This document shows positions 1 through 10,930 of a stretch of 64,000 nucleotides of DNA, piece after piece; position 1 is the stretch's first letter; the number at the start of each line of letters is the position of its first letter. A program made the position numbers and the translations under genes. A model generated the notes under the pieces. The model was not told where the DNA came from and did not search any database. It saw only the letters and a list, made by a program, of their open reading frames with translations. Source of the stretch: Piromyces finnis finn (taxonomy: Eukaryota; Fungi; Neocallimastigomycota); assembly GCA_002104945.1 (NCBI GenBank), contig MCFH01000019.1, forward strand, positions 186,001-250,000, in the 5' to 3' direction.

Positions 1-1476
1 CTTTTACTTTTTGTTAGCTAACTTGGATAACTTTTAATGTAGACAGATGCAGCAAATGCAGCAAATGCATGCAAATGCAAGCAAATGCAGCCAGCTAATA
101 ATTTAGCTAAATATGAAAAAAAAAGCTGTCTAGTTTTTATGCAAAACAACATGTCTAGTATTAGACATGTACAGCAATCTTTCTTGCAACTCTATTTTAT
201 AAATTAATAATATGATAATAATAATACAATAATAATAATACAATAATAATAATGAATATATTTCTACAATATATAGACAGATGCAGCAAATAATTAATCA
301 CTATGAATGCTCTATTTTATATATATATTATTATATATAAATTATTATATATAAATTATTTATTTAAAGCTGTCTAGTTTTGTTTAAATATATAATCAAT
401 TAATCATTGATAACAATATAATGAAATTGTAATATTTGTTAAAATTTATAAATATTTAATAATTTGCCCTTCTAATATTCAGTAACTCGAACTCTAAGAA
501 ATTCTTTTCTAATCTAGTCAAAAAAAGAAGAAAAAATAAATCTGAATTCCTATATGGCAAATGGCTCATTAAAATAATCTCAAAAGCATACTCTCATGGA
601 TATACTAAAGATATACAATCAAAGATTTATGAATATGACTTTAAAACTACCTTAAAATAAAAAGTACATCGGCAAGATAAATCATGAAATGGACAACGCC
701 TTAACTAAACAATTAAAAAATGTTTATTATTATATAATTATATAATTATAATAATACTATTATTACATTGTATGTTATTGAATTTTCTAATTTTATTAAT
801 TTTACTGAATTTTTACATTTAATTCATATAATCTAATAAATGGAAATAGTCGATCGACCTAGTTAATTTCTATTTTAATAATTAAATATGAATTGATTTA
901 AAAATATATTCATATTTTTGTTTCTATATCACAATCTCACTTGGATGTTTATAAGTATTTTTAATTAACTTGGAAAAAGTACTAATTAAAATATTTATAA
1001 CAAAAAACAATGTAATTGAATAATTAAAAAAATGAATATCAATAAAAATATACAAATTTAAAAAAAATCATTAGAATATTAGTAATATTTTTTTATTTAT
1101 AAATAAATTGAATACTTCTTTTGTTTTGTGTGTGTGTAGGTGTGGTGTGTATTAATATTTTATATTTTAATTTTTATTTTTGTTGTTATTTAAAATATTT
1201 TATAATTATAATATTTCATTTATATATAGAAATAATTTTTTAATAATATTTATATAACAAAAAAAAATAGTTTAAAATACTTTCTTAAAGTTATTTATAT
1301 TCGTTATTGTTATTATTATTGATGTTATTATTGATATTATTATTATTTCCATTTTTTTTCTTTCTACTTTTTCCTTTCATTTTTTAATTATTAGAAAATA
1401 AAGGTATAATCTTGCTTTTATACCAATATTCACTTATGAATCTATAGGTATTTTAAATTGACTTGAAAAAAAGTAC
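1..1476 (+). repeat. Arm 1 (left part; resumes at 7151-7757 after the LINE)
   Basis: Colinear with 11418-12855 and reverse-complementary to ~14379-15824. Confidence 0.93.
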
Positions 1477-1767
1477 CCTCTTGGGAACGTGCCTTCATTT
1501 ATTTAATAAATGTAGTTTCTCAAGGGGGTCTACTCATGCTCATGGTACTGAGAGAGTAGAAAGAATTAAATCCAAGTATTGCGCAATGGATGCTTGGTGC
1601 CCTCTTAGGAACGTGCCTTCATTTATTTAATAATGGAGTTTATCAAGGGGGTCTACTCATGCTCATGGTACTGAGAGAGTAGAAAGAATTAAATCTAAGC
1701 ATTGCGCAATGGATGCTTGGTTAGTCTTTAAGGGAAAATTATTAGGACTAAGCTCATGGTACTGAGC
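1477..1767 (+). repeat. Tandem ~124-bp 5' monomers of the LINE (2 copies plus a partial third)
   Basis: cctcttRggaacgtgccttc starts at 1477 and 1601. gctcatggtactgag occurs at 1538, 1661 and 1752. attgcgcaat occurs at 1578 and 1701. Confidence 0.9.
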
Positions 1768-2359
1768 GATTAAAAAACATTTTATTCATCGAATTAAGTA
1801 TTTGATGAATAAGTTGAATGTTTGATATTCAGGTAAGTTTGTATAGTATTTAATTAGAAGAGTAATACATTTTGTTGCTGTATTTTTTCTTTTATTCATG
1901 TATTCATGTAGTACTACTCTTCTCTTGTAAGAATCCAATGTAGTCAACTTTAGCATTTGCATTGTATTTTTATATTCATGTAGCTATTGTTGTATTGTTT
2001 CTTGTAAGAGACTGATTCACTCTACATCATGTAAAAATACTATTCACAAGCTTTCTGGTGTCGACATTCTTGATTCAAATTTTTTACCAATTTAAATATT
2101 TAATGAAAAGTAAAGTCAAACAATTTTAGTGTCAAAAAGCGATTCGAATTTACTAACAATAAACCAAAATTAGAATTTTTAAAGAAAATTTATAGAATTC
2201 AAAAAAAGAAACTTTAAACAAAGCATCGTAACAATTTTTGTACTATCCAGTACTTTTAAGAAGAGAGAGAGAGACAGATTTTTTTCCATATACGTTATAT
2301 TTATATTTTTTATTAGTATTTATTTTATATTCAATTTTTTTTAATTAGAATTAATTATC

Positions 2360-5300
2360 ATGTCAGTCCTTTATATTAAAGATAAGAATTATATCAGACG
2401 TGGTACCCGGTCTTATGGTATCCCCTTAGATGATATTCGCTCCTTCTTTATCCGTGGTATTCGATCATGGTCAGTAAATATGCTATGGGGAAAACTCGAG
2501 GTTATTCTAGAAGATAAATTTAATTCAGTTATTAGTGTTAAATATTTTCAGACTTTCAATGATCACTTTTTCTTAGTCAAGGTTCATGGTTCATCGAAAG
2601 ATTGTATTAAAATCTTACACATGTTAAAGAAGAAACTTTCAGTTACCTCAATTTCCTTTTCATCTCGTAGTAGAAGGAATCACAAATACACTTTTTCCAC
2701 TCTCAAACGTAAAATTTTAGTTTCTAATAAACATCAACATTCTATTCAACAATCATTCCAACAATCATTTCAACAATCAGTTCAACAATCTCATCAACAA
2801 TCCGATCTTCAACAAGATCTTCAACAAGATCTTCAACAAGTTTCCCATCATGAAAATATTCCAGATCTACAGCTAACACAATTTCAATCTCAACATTCAA
2901 CAATTAATTCTAATAGCTCTATCAACTCTGCTAACAGTTCAATAGTTGATAGTTCTTCAGTTTCACAGCCATCTAGTAATAGTTCTACTTATTCCTCTGA
3001 TGCATCATCCATTAATAATGATGACCTTGATAATAATAATAATAGCAACGATTCTTCCTCATCCAACAAGCCTAATAACTTTTCTTTTTGTCTTAGTTGG
3101 AACACCAATGGGTGGAATCATGAAAAGAGAGATAGTATTAGCTATTTCACAGCTATTTTCAAACCATTATTTTTATGTTTCCAAGAAACTGGTAATGGTT
3201 CTGGATCGAATACAGATTATCCTTGTCGTGTTACTTTGCGAAACTATAGACACTTTTTCAAGAAAGCTGACGAATCAGTTCCTGGAATGAGAGGTTTATA
3301 TTTAGGTTTTCACAATTCGTGTCAAGCCTCACTTGAAAACTTCTCTGGAAAGTATATTATTTCTATTTATACTTTTAGTCTTTGGAATAGATTCAAATGC
3401 TCGATTGGAAATGTTTATATGCCTCATAGTCATCACAACATCTATGTTGATCATGCAAAGTTAGAAGTTCGCTTGTGGTTACAAACTCATTCATCCCATC
3501 CATCGATTCTTGTTGGTGATTTTAATATGTCTAAAGTAAAATTATCCAATTGGTTATCAACTAATGGATTAGGAGATTGGGAAATTCTTCTGCTTAGAGG
3601 GTCGACTATCTCTTGGACTCGAGGTGAACAATCTTCCGACATTGACCATGCTCTTATCAATTTGAAGATGAAAGATCTTATTCACTCAGGATCATTTATA
3701 AATAATTTTTATCCTGTATCAGACCATAAGCCACTTCTTATTAATGGTAAAATTATTCCTATGGAAGATTTTTCTAATGACTTTAATGTTCCTAAGAAAA
3801 TTCTGAAATGGAATAGATTAAAATGTATTGAGGAAAAGGAATCTATTCTCAGTCATAATAAATTCCAAATTCTTTCAGCAAAATTCAACGATCCTAATGT
3901 TTCTACAGATGAACTTTCCAAAGAGTTTACTTCAACTGCTTTTTCAATTGCAGACGAGCTCAGTATTACCTCAGCTAATAATGTTATAAAGTCTTCATTT
4001 CATATTTCACAACAAATTTTTAATCTTCAAAAAATCAAAATGAAGTTGTATAAGAGATTTAAAAAAGAAAGAATTTATGATATAGATGAATTTATTAAAA
4101 GAATTAAAATCTACCGTAAGCTCATTGATTACATCCACAAAAGATGTAATGAATTTAGGAAACAAGAATATCTCCATTGGATTAAAACAGGATGTGAGTA
4201 TATGAAGAGTCATAATCCTAAGAAGGCCTGGAAATGGATTAAGAAAACTGCAAAAATTGGAAAAGATTCTTTCTTTATTGCTCAACCAATTAAAAATAAA
4301 AATGGAGAATTAGTTGTTGCTACGGAAGAACAACTAGATGTGTGGCATGATCATTTCGAAAATCTTGCATCAGATCCAAGTGGTGTAAGTCTTGATTTGG
4401 AACATTGGTATGAAGAACCAACGAATAAACGTTTTTCACTTCCTATGCTTGATGAGTGGGATATCAACCAAGATATTAGTATTGATGAAGTCAAGTCAGC
4501 TATCCTCACTACTCCAAATTATAAAGCATCAGGTCCGAATGGTATTCCAATTGAATTTTACAAAGCATTAATTCCATCAAGTAATGATTCTAATAATGCT
4601 ACAGATAATAATTCTTCCGGTAATACCACTTCAGATAATGATGCTCATGGTTTAAATTTTATTCTTAAATTATTCAACCGTATTTGGGATGGAGATTTCC
4701 CCAACTCATGGAATGAATCCAGTATTGTTTCTATTCCTAAGAAGGGAGATTTGACAGATTGTGATAACTATCGAGGTATATCACTTATCAATAATGGCAT
4801 TAAGTTGATTTCCAAAATTGTCACCACTAGAATCTCAGAATATGGTCTAAAGAATAATTTCATTAGACCTGAACAATTTGGTTTTCGAAAAAAGGAAGAA
4901 AGTATCAGTCTTTTCATTTCAATCCAAGAAATATGCCGTAGACGTCAATTAGATAATAAAGAGACATATTTGGCCTTTTTAGATCTCAGGAAAGCATACG
5001 ATTCAGTCCCAATCGGTAATATTCTCCATAAATTAGATTGTTTAGGAATCCGAGGTAAGAGTTTACAATTTATCAAAAATTTATATTTAACATCTAAGGC
5101 TAATGTCAAATTAGATGGTCAATTCTCGAAATCTTTTGATGTGAAGAAAGGAGTCCGTCAAGGATGCCCTCTTTCTCCTATTCTCTTTAATCTCTTTATT
5201 AATGATATATTTAGAGAGTGCGAAGATCTTGGAGTCAGTTTAGGTGACACTCGATGCTGTGGTGGACTTTTTGCAGATGATATAGTTATTTGTGCTCCAA

Positions 5301-6886
5301 CAAGAGGATGCTTAAAAAAGATGCTTAGAAGAGTTAATGAATGGGCATTGTATAATGAAATGGAATTTGGTATCCAGAAGTGTTCAACGATGGTGATTCG
5401 TCCTGAATCAATAGAAAATCAGAACAAGAGAGATCCAACATTTTACTTAGCAGGACAACCCATTCCAACTACTGATTGCTATACTTATCTTGGTGTTCCA
5501 TTTGATAAGAATTTGTCCCTTAAACCAGTAATTAAAACTCTCAATAACAAGGTTTTGAAAGGACTTTTCTCAGTCAGTAAATTCTTAAGAAATCCTAATA
5601 TTCCTATTCCCTTCAAAAAACTAGTACTTAACTCACAAGTGATTAGCAGAGTTTCATACTTTGCACCATTACTTGGATCCAACAAAGCTAGGTCTAGGAT
5701 TGCTCAGAAGCATGTTAACAAAGGAATACGATGGATTGCCGGAGTTCATAAAGCTGTATCGTTTATATCTTTATACTCTATCTCAAAAGATTTGAATATT
5801 CCTCCATTGTCAGCCAAATGTGCTTTAGCTCAGGTTAGATGTTTTAACAAATGGAAAAACTCAAGTTGTATTATCTCACACCTTGTCAATTACATTCCTA
5901 AATTTAGAAAATACACGTGGTGCAAATCAAGTAGGACACTTGATAAAAAATTAAAGAAGCATGGAGATGTCAAAGCAGTTAAAAACTTTTATTGGAAAGA
6001 TCTCAAAGGGAATTCAATCAAAGCGCAATATTATGATGATAATAAATTTATTGAAACTAAAGATTTTATTAAATTATGTTATGAGTACCCAGAGTTTGCC
6101 TATGGCTTCTACTGGCTATTGAAAGCAAGAAACGGATACAAGTTGGATGCTAGAGTTGCCAAAGCTGCTAAATTTGTTGATCCAGTTTGTCCTAACTACT
6201 GTCCATGTTGCAAGTGTGGAGATCAAAGTATTAAACATTGGTTATTAGATTGTCCAACATTTAGAGATATCCGTATTAAACATTATGATTCCATAGTCCA
6301 TCTATTAAATTTTTTCAGTCAACGTAATTCCAATAGTCCTATCAATAATAATGAAAATGTTAATATCAGTAGAGATAGCAATAACATTAATAGTAATAGT
6401 AACAATAGTAGTAATAACAATAGTAATAGTAACAATAGTAATAATAACAATAGTAGTAATAGAAATAATAATATTAGTAATGATAACAATAGTGAAGATA
6501 ATAATTCTAATTTAGATAGTAATTTAGTTAATGATAGTAATAGTTCTAATAATCCGGTGAATATTAATGTGTATGATTATTCTAGTGTGTGCAGTAAAAT
6601 ATTTAAATTCCTTCTTGGGGGAAGAAGTTTTAACAATATCAATTACAATTCAAGGGAATGGAAAGAACTTTGTAAGCGTCAGATTCAATCTGGTACTAAT
6701 GAAGGAACACCATTCTTGACGGTAACCGCGGAACTTCTAACCAAAATCATGCCTTTTGCTATTGGCCAGCAATGGTCAATGTTCAAAAGGTTTGAAGCAA
6801 CATCCAAGAGCGTCAATGCTGAAGAAACAGTAAGACAGGCCAGGAGAGCCAGCGCAACCAATGGAGATCATAATTTTGTTCCATGA
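2360..6886 (+). CDS. LINE polyprotein, 1508 aa: N-terminal RRM-like domain, Q/S/N-rich linker, APE endonuclease, reverse transcriptase, C-terminal CCHC zinc finger
   Basis: APE motifs: SWNTNG, FQET, NVYMP, VGDFN, IDH, SDH. RT motifs: KASGPNGIP, NYRGISL, EQFGFR, AFLDLRKAYDSV, GVRQGCPLSPILF, LFADD, YTYLG. Zinc finger: CKCGDQSIKHWLLDC preceded by CPC. Confidence 0.97.
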   Translation: MSVLYIKDKNYIRRGTRSYGIPLDDIRSFFIRGIRSWSVNMLWGKLEVILEDKFNSVISVKYFQTFNDHFFLVKVHGSSKDCIKILHMLKKKLSVTSISFSSRSRRNHKYTFSTLKRKILVSNKHQHSIQQSFQQSFQQSVQQSHQQSDLQQDLQQDLQQVSHHENIPDLQLTQFQSQHSTINSNSSINSANSSIVDSSSVSQPSSNSSTYSSDASSINNDDLDNNNNSNDSSSSNKPNNFSFCLSWNTNGWNHEKRDSISYFTAIFKPLFLCFQETGNGSGSNTDYPCRVTLRNYRHFFKKADESVPGMRGLYLGFHNSCQASLENFSGKYIISIYTFSLWNRFKCSIGNVYMPHSHHNIYVDHAKLEVRLWLQTHSSHPSILVGDFNMSKVKLSNWLSTNGLGDWEILLLRGSTISWTRGEQSSDIDHALINLKMKDLIHSGSFINNFYPVSDHKPLLINGKIIPMEDFSNDFNVPKKILKWNRLKCIEEKESILSHNKFQILSAKFNDPNVSTDELSKEFTSTAFSIADELSITSANNVIKSSFHISQQIFNLQKIKMKLYKRFKKERIYDIDEFIKRIKIYRKLIDYIHKRCNEFRKQEYLHWIKTGCEYMKSHNPKKAWKWIKKTAKIGKDSFFIAQPIKNKNGELVVATEEQLDVWHDHFENLASDPSGVSLDLEHWYEEPTNKRFSLPMLDEWDINQDISIDEVKSAILTTPNYKASGPNGIPIEFYKALIPSSNDSNNATDNNSSGNTTSDNDAHGLNFILKLFNRIWDGDFPNSWNESSIVSIPKKGDLTDCDNYRGISLINNGIKLISKIVTTRISEYGLKNNFIRPEQFGFRKKEESISLFISIQEICRRRQLDNKETYLAFLDLRKAYDSVPIGNILHKLDCLGIRGKSLQFIKNLYLTSKANVKLDGQFSKSFDVKKGVRQGCPLSPILFNLFINDIFRECEDLGVSLGDTRCCGGLFADDIVICAPTRGCLKKMLRRVNEWALYNEMEFGIQKCSTMVIRPESIENQNKRDPTFYLAGQPIPTTDCYTYLGVPFDKNLSLKPVIKTLNNKVLKGLFSVSKFLRNPNIPIPFKKLVLNSQVISRVSYFAPLLGSNKARSRIAQKHVNKGIRWIAGVHKAVSFISLYSISKDLNIPPLSAKCALAQVRCFNKWKNSSCIISHLVNYIPKFRKYTWCKSSRTLDKKLKKHGDVKAVKNFYWKDLKGNSIKAQYYDDNKFIETKDFIKLCYEYPEFAYGFYWLLKARNGYKLDARVAKAAKFVDPVCPNYCPCCKCGDQSIKHWLLDCPTFRDIRIKHYDSIVHLLNFFSQRNSNSPINNNENVNISRDSNNINSNSNNSSNNNSNSNNSNNNNSSNRNNNISNDNNSEDNNSNLDSNLVNDSNSSNNPVNINVYDYSSVCSKIFKFLLGGRSFNNINYNSREWKELCKRQIQSGTNEGTPFLTVTAELLTKIMPFAIGQQWSMFKRFEATSKSVNAEETVRQARRASATNGDHNFVP

Positions 6887-7126
6887 TAAAATTTTGATCT
6901 TTGGCTCGGTGTCCCATTGGAAGTCAAATACAATTATTATACTTTAGTATAATAGTGGCTTTCTTACTTTAATTAAAATTACTAGAATACATTATACCCA
7001 ATTTTTATTCATTTGTGTTTATTTAAACATATTTTTTTTTATTTTTATTTTAATTTTAATTTTTTTATTACATGTATTATAATTTTAATTAAATTAATAA
7101 TAAAGTTTAAAATATTTGATGCCGTT

Positions 7127-7157
<31 letters not shown>

Positions 7158-7757
7158 AAAAAATCAATATAACTGAATATTTAAAAGAAGAGTATATCAA
7201 TAAAAATATCATTTTAATAAAATATTTAAAAATATGTTTAAAAAAATATTTAAAAAACATGAATAAATGAAATATTAATGGTTTATGTGTATATATTAAT
7301 GGTTTTAAATTGCATCTTTATTAACAAATATTATTTTAGTATTAATTTTATTTTATTTTATTTTTATACTTATTATGTATAATGTATTATAGAATGAAAA
7401 TAATATAATATATATAATTTTTATTATATTAACAATAATTAGATAATAATTGAAAATAAAAGAAAACCATTTTTTAAACTATAATTTATTTAACTAATGA
7501 TTTTAAACACAATTTCAAAAAACTAAAATGTTAATTTCACCTTTTTTTTTTTTCTAAATAAAATTTCTATATTAAAAAAGAAGCTAGTTCATTTTTAATT
7601 TATAAATACAATTCATTAATACAAATAAATTTTAACAGAAAAGGTTATATAATGTTATTTTAAAAAAATAATAAAAAACTATTTTTTACAAATATAAAAA
7701 ATTAACTCTTTTATTTATATAAACCATTAATCCTTTTGATATATTAATATTATAACT

Positions 7758-8023
7758 TTTATATATAGTAAGACTTTTATAAAAATTTAAACTAAATTTT
7801 TTAATTCTTTTTTTTCATCTTCATTGCAATATTACAATATGTGATAATTCAAATAATCTTTTAATATTGATCTTTTACTCATATCAGCTTTAATATATAA
7901 TAACATTTTGATTATACTAATGTAAATAGTAAATTAGAATTTGTGGTTAATAAAAATTAAAATATAAATTAAGGAATATAGTGGTATAGTAAAAATTTCA
8001 AATAAATATTTTTTATTAAAGAG
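7758..8023 (+). repeat. Loop S1 between arms 1 and 2; its reverse complement recurs at 13489-13754
   Basis: Flanked by ttataact (7750-7757) and agttataa (8024-8031). The same sequence is inverted in the next unit. Confidence 0.85.
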
Positions 8024-10590
8024 AGTTATAAAAATGTTATTAATATATCAAAAGGATTAATAGTTAGTATAAATAAAAGGGTTAATTTTTTATATTTTTA
8101 AAAAATAGTTTTTTTTATTTACTTTTTGCTTATTTTTTATTTTTTTTTTCGAAAATAACATTATATAACCTTTTCTGTTAAAAATTATGTGTATTTATGA
8201 ATTGTATTTATAAATATATAATGAAATAACTTCCTTTTTTAATATAGAAATTTTACTTACAAAAAAAAAGGTGAAATTTACATTTTAATTAAATAAAATA
8301 TAGTTTAAAAATAGTGTTTTCTTTTATTTTCAATTAGTATTTCTATTAGTATCTAATTATTGTTAATATAAAAAAATTATATATATTATATTATTTTCAT
8401 TCTATAATACATTATACATAATAAGTATAAAAATAAAATAAAATAAAATTAATACTTAAATAATATTTGTTAATAAAGATGCAATTTAAACCCATTAATA
8501 AATACACCTAAACCATTAACATTTCATTTATTCATGTTTTTTAAATATTTTTTTAAATATATTTTTAAATATTTTATTAAAATGATATTTTTATTGATAT
8601 ACTCTTCTTTTAAATATTCAGTTATATTGATTTTTTTGTTAAAAATATTTATATTAGTACTTTTCCTCAAATTAATTTAAAATATATATAGATTCATAAG
8701 TGGATGTTGGTATAAAAACAAGATTATACTTTTATTTTCTAATAATTAAAAAATGAAAGGAAAAAGGAGAAAGAAAAAAAAGTAAATAATAATAATAATA
8801 TCAATAATAACATCAATAATAATAACAATAACGAATATAAATAACTTTAAGAAAGTATTTTAAACTATATATTTTTTTTTTCGTTATATAAATATTATTA
8901 AAAGATTATTACTATATATAAAAATAAAAATTAAAATATAAAATATTAATACACACCACACCTACACACACACAAAACAAAAGAAGTATTCAATTTATTT
9001 ATAAATAAAATATTACTAATATTCTAATGATTTTTTTTTAAATTTGTATATTTTTATTGATATTCATTTTTTTAATTATTCAATTACATTGTTTTTTTTT
9101 TTTATAAATATTTTAATTAGTATTTTATTCAAATTAATTAAAAATACTTATAAACACCCAAGTGAGATGGTGATTTAGAAACAAAAATATGAATATATTT
9201 TTAAAATCAATTCATATTTAATTATTAAAATAGAAATTTAACTAGATCAACTATTTCCATTTATAAGATTATATGAATTAAATGTAAAAATTCAGTAAAA
9301 TTAATAAAATTAGAAAATCCAATATCATATAATATAATAATAGTATTATTAAAATTATATAAATATATAATAATAAACATTTTTTTAATTGTTTAGTTAA
9401 GGTGTTGTCCATTTCATGATTTATCTTGCCGATGTACTTTTTATTTTAAGGTAGTTTTAAAGTCATATTCATAAATCTTTGATTGTATATCTTTAGTATA
9501 TCTAGATAGTATGCTTTTGAGATTAATTTAATGAGGCATTTGCCATATAGGAATTCAGATTTATTTTTTCTTCTTTTTTTGACTAGATTAGAAAAGAATT
9601 TCTTAGAGTTCGAGTTACTGAATATTAGAAGGGCAAATTATTAAATATTTATAAATTTTAACAAATACTACAATTTCATTATATTGTTATCAATGATTAA
9701 TTGATTATACATTTAAACAAAACTAGACAGCTTTAAATAAATAATTTATATATAATAATTTATATATAATAATTTATATATAAAATAGAGCATTCATAGT
9801 GATTAATTATTTGCTGCATCTGTCTATATATTGTAGAAATATATTCATTATTATTATTGTATTATTATTATTGTATTATTATTATCATATTATTAACTTA
9901 TAAAATAGAGTTGCAAGAAAGATTGCTGTACATGTCTAATACTAGACATGTTGTTTTGCATAAAAACTAGACAGCTTTTTTTTTCATATTTAGCTAAATT
10001 ATTAGCTGGCTGCATTTGCTTGCATTTGCATGCATTTGCTGCATTTGCTGCATCTGTCTACATTAAAAGTTATCCAAGTTAGCTAACAAAAAGTAAAAGA
10101 GATAAAGTGATTGCAGTGCATGTCTAATACTAGACGTGTGGGTTCTCGTTGTTGATAAGTTTAAAATCATTATAACGATATAATATTATAATATTTGAAT
10201 GAATATTAAAATATTATAAAGCTATAACAATACTATATAAAATGATAATTATGAAATAAATTCATTTGAATTATCTTTTTTTGTTTTTTTTGTTTTTTGT
10301 TAAATTCTTTTTATATTTCTTTCTTTTCATGGATAACATGATTTTTCAAATTTATTTGATTCCTTTTTTTTTCTTTTATACTTTTTTTTTTATTTTAATA
10401 AAATTTTAAATTATCTTAAAAAAATTTTATTTATTTGATAATAATTAAATTACTTGACCTTGACAATATGACATTTATAACATGTACCACCTTTTCATAA
10501 TTAAAATATTAATAATTTATATTATGTTGTTAATATATAATTTCTCTTTTTGGTTATTTTTTCTATTAAATATAATTAAAGTTTAATTAT
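8024..10590 (-). repeat. Arm 2 (inverted)
   Basis: Reverse complement of 10931-13488. Confidence 0.92.
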
Positions 10591-10930
10591 TTTATATTAT
10601 TAATTAGTATAGTCTTACACCAAAAAATAATTATTATAATAATAATAAAAATGTTTCAGGTAATCCTTTTAATAATTATTTTTTATTCATGAAAAGATAA
10701 AAGTTTATATATTTTATATATATAATGAAATTTTTATTGTACACAAATTTAAAAGTAAATATATAAAAAATATATAATATATTTATTAAATTTATTAAAT
10801 AAAAAAAAAAAACATTTTCATTTTGTTAATTCAATATACTATTAATGATTAATGTAAATAACGAATTTAAATTTTGTAGTTAATAAAAATTAGTGAATTG
10901 AGGTGGTAGAGTTAAAATTTTAAATTTAAT
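10591..10930 (+). repeat. Loop S2 (centre of the giant palindrome); direct copy at ~16313-16653; boundaries approximate
   Basis: gtcttacacc occurs at 10612 and 16334. gaggtggtagagtt is present in both copies in the same orientation. Confidence 0.85.

Larger units (their letters stand above)
1477..7150 (+). mobile_element. Non-LTR retrotransposon (LINE, APE-type, L1-like domain order), apparently intact
   Basis: Contains a 4.5-kb APE-RT ORF, an ~880-bp 5' UTR, a 3' UTR and an A24 tail at 7127-7150. The flanks rejoin into the empty site seen in the mirror arm at 14341-14400. Confidence 0.96.

Noticed and set aside
1545-1565. ctgagagagtagaaa as a hammerhead ribozyme core
   Set aside because: It is not CUGANGA and leaves no room for helix II before GAAA.
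2946-5685. Short overlapping ORFs within the LINE (2946-3290, 4007-4285, 5485-5685)
   Set aside because: Alternative-frame or antisense shadows of the main ORF with no recognisable motifs.
9603-9618. gagttcgagttac in each arm as a Pol III B-box or tRNA remnant
   Set aside because: It fails GWTCRANNC at the last position, and there is no A-box or cloverleaf.
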